NCBI GenBank assembly: GCA_050013395.1
Contig: JBEKFI010000006.1
Location: 12,303-76,302 of the forward strand
From: Verrucomicrobiia bacterium
GTDB lineage: Bacteria > Verrucomicrobiota > Verrucomicrobiia > Palsa-1439
Reading direction: 5' to 3'
DNA length: 64,000 nt
Under the pieces are notes generated by a model, which was not told where the DNA came from, did not search any database, and was given only the letters and a program-made list of their open reading frames with translations. How positions within the stretch are numbered: the stretch's first letter is position 1; each line of letters opens with the position of its first letter. A program made the position numbers and the translations under genes. Of this stretch, positions 37,864 to 45,627 are shown piece after piece.

Positions 37864-38182
37864 CGACGTTCTTCGGCGTGCCCGCTGCGAATGCCACGAT
37901 GTTGTCCGCTGTCGTCTGGAGGATTCGCTCCAGCGCTTCCTGGCTGTTGAAGGCATTGTGCCGGGTAAAGACGACGTTGGACTTCTTCAGAATGACGTGG
38001 TTCTGAATCGCCTGCCGTAACCGCTCGGGGTTCACCGCGTCGCCCAGCAATGCGCTCTCTTCGTAGATAGCCTCTTCGCCCTCCAACACCTCGCGGATCG
38101 CCACCACCTCGTGCGCGCCGTCCACGTGCTCGCGCAGGTATTGCTCTTCCCAGTCGTGAAGTTCAAAGAAGACGATTCGCAT
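37856..38182 (-). pseudogene. Possible remnant of a D-isomer 2-hydroxyacid dehydrogenase (N- and C-terminal catalytic-domain pieces, NAD-binding core missing)
   Basis: MRIVFFEL... start, and a C-terminus TRHNAFNSQEALERILQTTADNIVAFAAGTP resembling the family's C-terminal segment. Only 109 aa. Confidence 0.3.
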
Positions 38183-38391
38183 CTCACCGCTCTTTGTCAT
38201 TCTGAGCGAAGCGAAACCGCTGCTGGCCGTCTGTCGTTCGACGGCAAATCTCTGCTGTTTCTCGCAGTCTCCGGAACGACTGAGACCCTTCCCCTTCGCG
38301 GACTCAGGGCTTCGGCTCACGACACTCAGGGTGACAAAACCAAAGTGGCGGGCACTCCTCAAGCACGGTTTTGGCGAAAGGGTGCGACCCT

Positions 38392-39504
38392 TCATGCGTG
38401 ACGCGCTTCCCATTGTTGTTCAGCTTCGGTGAAGTATTCGACGCGCACCTTCTTCCATTCCTTGGTCGAGTAGAGCGCGGCATAGTCGGTGATGCCGGTT
38501 TCCCTGGAAATCTCCGCCAGCACGGTTTCGCACTCTGCCGGTGTGCGGCCGTGAACCATCGTGAACAGGTTGTACGGCCAGTCGGGATAGGTCGGGCGCC
38601 GATAGCAGTGCGTCACCGCGCGAAACCCGGCCATCTTCTCGCCCGCGGCCAGAATCTCGGCGTCGGTACCGCCCACGGCCCAGACGCCCATGGCGTTCGC
38701 GGTGAACCCGACCTCGCGATGCCGCAGCACGGCGCTGAAGCGGCGCATCCTGCCGTTTTCGATCATGGCCGCAGCAGTCCGCTGCAGTTCTTCGAGGCTG
38801 ACGCCGAGTCGCGACGCGGTGGCGACGAACGGTTCGGGTTCAATCGCCAAGTCCTTCTGCATCTCGCGCACGAACCGAATCTCCAAATCCGTCAGCGACG
38901 TGTCGGCTGCCTTGCGGTCTTTGTGCGTGTAGCCACCAGACTTCTTCTCGCACAGATTGGCTGTGCCTTCGACGTCGAGTTCGACGCCGATCTTGAACAG
39001 GTGGAGTGTCGGCAGCAGCCGCGTCGTGATCGCGCCGCTGGTCTCGTGGAGAACCTGCACCGTCCGCTCCAGACCGAGCCGCGAGTCGGGGCTGACTGCG
39101 ATGGTGTACCAGAGGTTGAACGCGTGGTTGCGCTGGTAGTTGTGCGAGACGCCGGGGTGCGCGTTGACGATCGCAGCGGCGGCGTCCATCCCGCTCCGAG
39201 CGGGATCCACGCGGGCGGAGTCGTACTGCGCCGCCACCAGCGACGATTCGTAACCGAGCGAGCGCGTGTCGAAAATGGCGCTGATCTGGCGGATGATTTT
39301 GGCAGCCTTCAACGCCCGCACGCGTTCCATCACCTCCGCCTCGCCGACACCGCCGAGCCGTTCGCCGACCTCGCCCCAGGGTCGGGGCGCGATCGGTACC
39401 TCGGTTTGCAGGAGGTTCAACAGCTTCTTGTCGGTGCCATCCATACGGTCTGCATGCGTCTCAGCGCCAAGATACGGGAACTTGCCCGCCGCGGCAACCC
39501 GCAT
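38392..39504 (-). CDS. Lrp/AsnC-like tandem-domain siroheme decarboxylase (AhbA-AhbB / NirDL-type fusion)
   Basis: Two Lrp/AsnC-like modules. The N-terminus DKKLLNLLQTEVPIAPRPWGEVGERLG is typical of AhbA/NirD-family proteins. Confidence 0.5.
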   Translation of the reverse strand: MRVAAAGKFPYLGAETHADRMDGTDKKLLNLLQTEVPIAPRPWGEVGERLGGVGEAEVMERVRALKAAKIIRQISAIFDTRSLGYESSLVAAQYDSARVDPARSGMDAAAAIVNAHPGVSHNYQRNHAFNLWYTIAVSPDSRLGLERTVQVLHETSGAITTRLLPTLHLFKIGVELDVEGTANLCEKKSGGYTHKDRKAADTSLTDLEIRFVREMQKDLAIEPEPFVATASRLGVSLEELQRTAAAMIENGRMRRFSAVLRHREVGFTANAMGVWAVGGTDAEILAAGEKMAGFRAVTHCYRRPTYPDWPYNLFTMVHGRTPAECETVLAEISRETGITDYAALYSTKEWKKVRVEYFTEAEQQWEARHA

Positions 39505-39568
39505 CCATCTTGCGGTGGACGCTCGCGGACAATTCGGCTACTATTCCGGGCAAACCGAGCAGACATCC

Positions 39569-39883
39569 ATGAGCGAATTCGTCCCCGTGGCCAAGGTGGC
39601 CGACCTCAAACCCGGCGAATGCAGGACCGTCATGGCGGACGGGCGGGAACTCGCTCTGTTCAACGTCGGGGCAAAGTTCTACTGTCTGGACAACGTTTGC
39701 CCGCACCGCGGCGGCCCGTTGGGCGAGGGGACGCTCGACGGGACCGTCGTCACCTGCCCGTGGCACGGCTGGCGGTTTGATGTGACGACCGGCGTGTCGC
39801 CCGTTGTGCCGACCGCGAAGGTGGAGAAGTTCGACTGCGTCGTCGAAGGCAACGATGTGAAGGTGAAATTGAATGGCAATTAA
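39569..39883 (+). CDS. Rieske [2Fe-2S] domain protein (NirD-like small subunit)
   Basis: CPHRGGPL ... CPWHGW Rieske ligand boxes. Length 104 aa. Confidence 0.75.
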   Translation: MSEFVPVAKVADLKPGECRTVMADGRELALFNVGAKFYCLDNVCPHRGGPLGEGTLDGTVVTCPWHGWRFDVTTGVSPVVPTAKVEKFDCVVEGNDVKVKLNGN

Positions 39884-40163
39884 ATCCGCATACGAACTCG
39901 CCCTGGAGCGGATGGCGAAACAATCGCCACAGCCCACCCGTAAGCTCACCGCCGAAGGCAAGGCGAAGTTGGCCGAGCTTGACCGCGTTTACACGGCGAA
40001 GATCGCCGAGCAGGAGTTCGCGCTGAAACCCAAGATTGCCGAAGCCCGCGCCGCGGGAAAGTTTGAAGACGCCGAGAAGCTGGAAGAAACCCTGCACGCC
40101 GAAGTCCAAAAGCTCCGTGGCAAACTCGAAGCGGAGAAGGAAGCCGTGCGGCGGGGCAAGTGA
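39873..40163 (+). CDS. Small coiled-coil hypothetical protein
   Basis: 96-aa charged, helical ORF overlapping the Rieske gene stop. The hairpin repeat follows it. Confidence 0.3.
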   Translation: MAIKSAYELALERMAKQSPQPTRKLTAEGKAKLAELDRVYTAKIAEQEFALKPKIAEARAAGKFEDAEKLEETLHAEVQKLRGKLEAEKEAVRRGK

Positions 40164-40215
40164 ACGCCTGAACGCTCAACGCTCAACGCTTTCACCCCGA
40201 AAGCCTTCGGGGCAA

Positions 40216-40914
40216 GCCGCTCAACGCCAGTCTGTCTGCGCTCTGGTCAGCGGCGGCTTGGACAGTAGCGTGATGCTGGCGATGCTGGCGAAGCGTCACG
40301 CGAAAGTTTATCCTGTCTTCATCCGCCACGGCCTCGTGTGGGAGGAGGCGGAGCTTCGGGCACTGCGGCAATTCCTTCGCGCTCTTCGTCGTTCTTCATC
40401 CTTCATCCCTCATCCTTCATCTTTGGCTTCACTCACCGTCCTCTCTCTTCCCGTGCGCGACATTTACGGCGCGCACTGGAGCACGACTGGCCGCAAAGTT
40501 CCGCATGCCAGTACTCCTGACGACGCAGTCTATCTGCCCGGACGAAACCTGCTGCTGCTCTCCAAAGCGGCTGTCTTCTGCGCCGAGCGCGGCATCCCCA
40601 TCATCGCCGTCGGCTCGCTCGGCCACAACCCGTTCGCCGACGCGACGCCCAAATTCTTCCGCGACTTCTCTGCTGCCGCCAGTGCCGGGCTAAGCTGTCG
40701 GCTGAAAGTCATCGCACCGTTTCGCACGTTGACGAAAGAGCAAGTCATTCGGCGCGGTAAACATCTTCCGCTTCGCCTCAGCTTCTCTTGCATATCCCCG
40801 CGCCGCGACCAGCACTGCGGCCGCTGCAACAAATGCGCCGAACGACAGCGCGCGTTTCAGGAGGCGGGCATCCATGATCTAACCCAATACGCGTCCAACA
40901 GCTTGTCACCCTGA
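40216..40914 (+). CDS. queC: 7-cyano-7-deazaguanine synthase
   Basis: PP-loop LVSGGLDSS and C-terminal zinc motif CGRCNKC. No canonical start codon sits immediately upstream of the PP-loop, so the start is unresolved. Confidence 0.7.
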   Translation, partial: AAQRQSVCALVSGGLDSSVMLAMLAKRHAKVYPVFIRHGLVWEEAELRALRQFLRALRRSSSFIPHPSSLASLTVLSLPVRDIYGAHWSTTGRKVPHASTPDDAVYLPGRNLLLLSKAAVFCAERGIPIIAVGSLGHNPFADATPKFFRDFSAAASAGLSCRLKVIAPFRTLTKEQVIRRGKHLPLRLSFSCISPRRDQHCGRCNKCAERQRAFQEAGIHDLTQYASNSLSP

Positions 40915-41030
40915 TCCCGCAGTCGCGGGAGAATGGCCTCTGCTGAAATGCTCACGCGCGACTGAGAAAGGCCGAGGTTCTTCGCTTCGCTCAGAATGAC
41001 AAACAGAGCGGTTTGTGTTATGACTCGCGC

Positions 41031-42569
41031 ATGGCCTACGATTCGTTGCGGGAGTTCGTGCAGAGATTGGACGCGGCTGGTGAACTGAAACGCGTCTCCG
41101 TCGAGGTCGATCCTGTTCTGGAGATCACCGAGTTCGCCCACCGCGAGATGAAGTCGCCCCATGGCGGCAAGGCGTTGCTGTTCGAGAAGTGCAAAGGGTC
41201 AAGTTTCCCGCTGCTCATCAACGCTTACGGGTCTTGGAAACGGATGGCGATGGCGCTCGGCGTGAACGATGTCGAAGATGTCGCACGCGAGTTGGAAAGT
41301 TTGCTCAAAGCCAAGCCACCGACATCTTTCCAGGAAGCCATCGCGCTGCTCGGCACGGCGCTGGAGTTGCGGCATGCGAAACCAAAGGTCGTGGAGCGTT
41401 CCGCCTTCGCCAAGGCTTCGGCGGACAGGGGAGCGTGTCAGGAGATGGTGCATGATCTGAGCGGGCAGGCCGGTCGCGGCAAGAATGCCGCTCCCACGGG
41501 GCTGGAGCTTTTGCCGATACAGAAATGCTGGCCGGAGGATGCGGGGCGGTTCATCACGTTGCCGCTGGTTATCACCCGCGATCCCGATACCGGCACGCGC
41601 AATGTCGGCTGCTACCGGATGCAGGTGATCGATGGGCGCACCACCTTCATGCACTGGCAACTGCAGAAAACGGGTGCGCGTCATTGGCGGCGGCATGTCG
41701 GGTTGAGGCAGCGGATGACCGTGGCCGTGGCGCTCGGCGGCGATCCGGTTTATGCGTTTGCGGCGGCCGCGCCGTTGCCGGATGGCATCGACGAATTCAT
41801 GTTCGCCGGTTTCCTGCGGAAGAAATCCGTGGAGATGGTGAAGTGCCAGACGAACGATTTAGAGGTGCCCGCCGATTGCGATTTCGTGCTGGAGGGTTAT
41901 GTGGAGCCGGACGAGAAGCTGGAGATGGAAGGCATGTTCGGCGATCACACAGGTTACTATTCGCTGCCCGAGCCGTATCCGAAATTCCACGTCGAGCGGA
42001 TCATGCACCGCCGCGATGCAATTTATCCGAGCACGATCGTCGGCGTGCCGCCGATGGAAGACTTTTACATGGGCGCGGCCAGCGTGCGGATCTTCCTGCC
42101 GGTGTTCAAGATGAATTTCCCCGAAATCGTGGACATGGCGTTGCCGGCCGAGGGCGTGTTTCACAATCTCGTCTTTGTCTCCATCAAGAAAGCGTTCCCG
42201 TATCACGCGATGAAGGTGATGCACGGGTTGTGGGGCATGGGGCAGATGATGTTCACGAAAATCATCGTGGTGGTCGACCACGACGTGAACGTGCACGACA
42301 CCAGCGAGATGTTATTCCGCCTCTGCGCCAATATCGATCCCGAGCGCGACATCATTTTCACCAAGGGGCCTGCGGACGTTTTGGATCATGCGACGCCCGT
42401 GCTCGGCTGCGGGAGCAAAATCGGCATCGACGCCACGCATAAACTACCAAGCGAAGCCAACACGCGTCTTTGGCCGCCCCCGATCAAGATGGATGACGCG
42501 GTGAAGAAACGCGTGGGAGAACTCGTGAGAGCGTTGGAGCGTGGCAGCGTTAGAGCGTGGCAGCGTTAG
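41031..42569 (+). CDS. UbiD-family decarboxylase
   Basis: UbiD family N-terminal, core and C-terminal conserved blocks (e.g. FITLPLVITRDPDTG..NVGCYRMQV). Contains an in-frame half-copy of the palindromic-element terminus, encoding GRGKNAAPTG. Confidence 0.75.
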   Translation: MAYDSLREFVQRLDAAGELKRVSVEVDPVLEITEFAHREMKSPHGGKALLFEKCKGSSFPLLINAYGSWKRMAMALGVNDVEDVARELESLLKAKPPTSFQEAIALLGTALELRHAKPKVVERSAFAKASADRGACQEMVHDLSGQAGRGKNAAPTGLELLPIQKCWPEDAGRFITLPLVITRDPDTGTRNVGCYRMQVIDGRTTFMHWQLQKTGARHWRRHVGLRQRMTVAVALGGDPVYAFAAAAPLPDGIDEFMFAGFLRKKSVEMVKCQTNDLEVPADCDFVLEGYVEPDEKLEMEGMFGDHTGYYSLPEPYPKFHVERIMHRRDAIYPSTIVGVPPMEDFYMGAASVRIFLPVFKMNFPEIVDMALPAEGVFHNLVFVSIKKAFPYHAMKVMHGLWGMGQMMFTKIIVVVDHDVNVHDTSEMLFRLCANIDPERDIIFTKGPADVLDHATPVLGCGSKIGIDATHKLPSEANTRLWPPPIKMDDAVKKRVGELVRALERGSVRAWQR

Positions 42570-42582
42570 AGCGTGAGGAGCG

Positions 42583-43058
42583 CATGAAGGTAGCGGATTA
42601 CAGAGACTTGCGGGTGTATCAACTGGCGTTTGAATCGGCGATGGAGATTTTCGAGTTGAGTCGAGCGTTCCCAACGGAAGAGAAATTACGCGCTCACCGA
42701 TCAGATGCGGCGGTCGTCACGGTCGGTCTGCGCGGACATTGCCGAAGCGTGGCGAAAACGCCGTTACGAGGCGGCGTTTGTAAGCAAACTCAGCGACGCC
42801 GATGGCGAGGCAACGGAAACCGAAGTGCACCTTGAGTTCGCGCTGCGCTGCGGTTACCTGCAGAACGACGTGCACGCCCGGCTCAAAGACAAGTACGATC
42901 ACATCTGCCGGCAGTTGACGCTCATGATGGATGACGCTGCGGCTTGGTGCACGCTCGGTGAACGCGTCCGGGAAGAGCTTGCGGAGTACTTCGCCGCACG
43001 CTCCCACGCTCCACACGCTCAACGCTCTCACGGTTCAATGGACGCTCCACGCTCATGA
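42583..43058 (+). pseudogene. Four-helix-bundle protein (TIGR02436-like, '23S rRNA intervening-sequence protein' family) with an apparent +1 frameshift
   Basis: Frame A encodes MKVADYRDLRVYQLAFESAMEIFELSRAFPTEEK. After a single extra T near 42680 the family motif continues in another frame (YALTDQMRRSSRSVCADIAEAWRKRRY...). Confidence 0.5.
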
Positions 43059-43345
43059 CGCTCAAACGCTCTGACGATCCGTTTATTTGTCCGAACTGCG
43101 GTGCAGATGTGCCGGCCGGAGCGAAGGCGTGTCCTGAGTGTGGATCGGATGAAAAGACCGGTTGGTCCGACAAAACCATCTACGACGGGACTGGCATCGA
43201 AGACCCGGACGAAGACGATTTCAACTACGAAGATTGGAGGCGGCGCGAGTCTGGCGGCGCACCCCACAAGAGCAGTATGGGCTGGCTCTGGTGGCTCGTG
43301 GCAGTGGTGGTGTTGGTGATGGTTGTGTGGTTGATGATTAGGTAG
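43055..43345 (+). CDS. Zinc-ribbon protein with C-terminal TM helix
   Basis: CPNCG...CPECG zinc-ribbon motif. C-terminal helix WLWWLVAVVVLVMVVWLMI. Confidence 0.4.
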   Translation: MTLKRSDDPFICPNCGADVPAGAKACPECGSDEKTGWSDKTIYDGTGIEDPDEDDFNYEDWRRRESGGAPHKSSMGWLWWLVAVVVLVMVVWLMIR

Positions 43346-43425
43346 GGGCGGACCGCCGGGCCGCCCGCAACTTGATGACAATCGGACACGGCGCGCCCGG
43401 CGGTCGCGCCCTACCCGAGATGTTG

Positions 43426-44460
43426 ATGATGAAAGCAGTGATCTTTCGAGATCATGGCGGAATCGAAAAGCTGGAATACGCGGACGTGCCCGAACCGAAA
43501 ATTTCCGCCGAAGAAGTGTCGGTGCGGGTGCGCGGGTGCGCGCTGAATCACCTCGACATCTGGGTGCGGCAGGGACTGGGGATTCCGATCGACATGCCGC
43601 ACATCGGCGGCAGCGACATTGCGGGCGAAGTGGCGGCGGTCGGAGCGAACGTGAAGAATCTGAAGCCGGGCCAGCGTGTGATCGTTTCTCCCGGCGTCAC
43701 CGACGGCGCGATTGATGAGTGGACGACGAGTGGTTGGGATTCGATGAGTCCGAGTTTCGACATCGTCGGAATGCGACGGCAGGGCGGTTACGCGGAGTTT
43801 GCGAAGGCGCATCACAGCGACGTGTTGCCCGTCAGCGACAAACTGAGTTTCGAGGAATGGGCGGCGATTCCGCTGGTGACTTTGACCGCGTGGCACATGT
43901 TGGTGACGCGGGCGCAATTGCGCGCCGGCGAAACCGTGCTGGTGCATGCGGCGGGGTCGGGGATCGGTGCGATGGCGATTCAAGTGGCGAAGCTCTGCGG
44001 CGCTTCATTAGTCATCACGACGGTCGGCTCGGACGAAAAGGCGGCGAAAGCCCTGGCGCTGGGCGCGGATGTGGTGATCAACTACCGCAAACAGGATTTT
44101 GCCGAGGAAGTTCTGAAACTGACAAACAAGCGCGGCGTGAACGTGATCTTCGAGCACATCGGCCCGGAAACATGGCCGAAGAACCTGTCGTGCCTAGCGC
44201 GCTTGGGTCGGATGGTCACGTGCGGCGCGACGAGCGGCCCGCAGGCAACAATGGAAATTCGCGGGTTGTACGTCCGTCAGCACACGATCATGGGCTGTTA
44301 CATGGGCGGTCGCAAAGAATTGCTGGAGGTATTGCGCCTCGTCGAAGCGGGCAAACTCCGTCCCGTCGTGGATCGCATGTTTCCGTTGAAGGAAGCCACC
44401 GCCGCCCAGCAGTACATGCTCGACCGAAAGAATTTCGGGAAGATCGTGCTGAAGGTGTAG
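43426..44460 (+). CDS. Zinc-type alcohol dehydrogenase / quinone oxidoreductase (MDR superfamily)
   Basis: GroES-like N-terminal domain. Rossmann motif VLVHAAGSGIGAMAIQVAK. Length about 345 aa. Confidence 0.8.
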   Translation: MMKAVIFRDHGGIEKLEYADVPEPKISAEEVSVRVRGCALNHLDIWVRQGLGIPIDMPHIGGSDIAGEVAAVGANVKNLKPGQRVIVSPGVTDGAIDEWTTSGWDSMSPSFDIVGMRRQGGYAEFAKAHHSDVLPVSDKLSFEEWAAIPLVTLTAWHMLVTRAQLRAGETVLVHAAGSGIGAMAIQVAKLCGASLVITTVGSDEKAAKALALGADVVINYRKQDFAEEVLKLTNKRGVNVIFEHIGPETWPKNLSCLARLGRMVTCGATSGPQATMEIRGLYVRQHTIMGCYMGGRKELLEVLRLVEAGKLRPVVDRMFPLKEATAAQQYMLDRKNFGKIVLKV

Positions 44461-44809
44461 CGTTCTGCTTGAGCTACGGCGATTGGCTTATTTCATTAAG
44501 GTTTTTCCTGAGCTTTTTCCGCCGGCTCATCGCTTTTTTGGCTTCGTCAAAATACGCGACATACCGAAGCCATGATATGGCTCTGCAGGAATTCGGTTTG
44601 TTTGCATAACTCGAGTTTATCCCGTGTAGAACCGCGTTGCGGTTCACTATTTCCCCAGAGGCAAATTTGTGTGCCTCGGTATCATTAAGCGGTACTTGCA
44701 GCAAGACGACCGTCAGAATATCTCTTTCGAGATGGACCGACGAGTCAACCCGCGCATCATCACGCTTGCGCGGGATGCAGCCACATTGTAGCCTCAAGGC
44801 TGTGATTCC

Positions 44810-45272
44810 ATGAAGCTGTACTTGGAAACGTCCGTGCCGAACTTCCTGTTTCACGATGACGCGCCCGAAAAGCAGGATGTCACCAAACGTTTCTTTCAGT
44901 GGTTGCGGCATTGCGACGATGAATTGTTCACGTCGGTCATCGTGGAGGCGGATAATCAGGCGCGCGCCGCTGCCGCTGCGGGCCAGTCTGCTGGAGGCAA
45001 TGGCGCGTTTGCCGGTGACAACCTTGGAATTGACTCCCGAAGCGGTCGGATTGGGAGAAGTGTACGTGCAGCGCGGGATTATCCCCCGGCGATTTCTCAA
45101 CGATGCGTTGCAGGTCGCCATCGCTGTTTGCCAGCAGATGGATGTTGTCGTAAGCTGGAACATGAAGCATCTGGTCAATGTGCGGAAAGTCGCGGCCATG
45201 AATCGTGTCAACTTGGAATACGGGTTGCCGCCGATCCGCATTCACACGCCCGAAGAGGTGATGCCGTTATGA
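44810..45272 (+). pseudogene. PIN-domain (VapC-like) protein gene interrupted by a frameshift
   Basis: N-terminus MKLYLETSVPNFLF in one frame. The C-terminal PIN signature NDALQVAIAVCQQMDVVVSWNMKHLVN is in another frame (ORFs 44810.. and 44856..). Confidence 0.45.
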
Positions 45273-45469
45273 AACGCGCGACCGAACCCAGGGCACTGAA
45301 AGAGTTGCACCGCATCCGGGAACGCATGGCCGGGGAGGCACGGAAAGTGGGCGTGGCGCGGTATTATCTGGCGCTGAACAAATCCTCTGAATGGCTTCGC
45401 GGAAAACCCCGCACGAGGCAGGCGGCGGCAGCCGTTTGCGAGAAACCAACTCGCAAATACGGCAGCTAG
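45269..45469 (+). CDS. Small hypothetical protein overlapping the PIN gene end (possible TA partner)
   Basis: ATGA overlap with the PIN ORF stop. 66-aa basic protein. Confidence 0.2.
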   Translation: MKRATEPRALKELHRIRERMAGEARKVGVARYYLALNKSSEWLRGKPRTRQAAAAVCEKPTRKYGS

Positions 45470-45627
45470 GAACACGCAAAAGAACCAGAGACTCTTCTCC
45501 CGCCAAGGCGGGATCAGAATGACAACCTTAAGTAGGGATTGGTTTACGGAGAAGCTCTGACCGCCTTGCCAAAAGGCTTGCGCGTGTACTGGCTCACTCC
45601 TAAAGTCGCGGTGGTTAAACTTGCGCG

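Noticed and set aside
44474-45241. 255-aa minus-strand ORF overlapping the PIN gene
   Set aside because: Its 5' two-thirds is antisense to the PIN ORF. Only the low-GC 3' part (44474-44800) may be a real remnant; it is reported as a finding rather than a feature.
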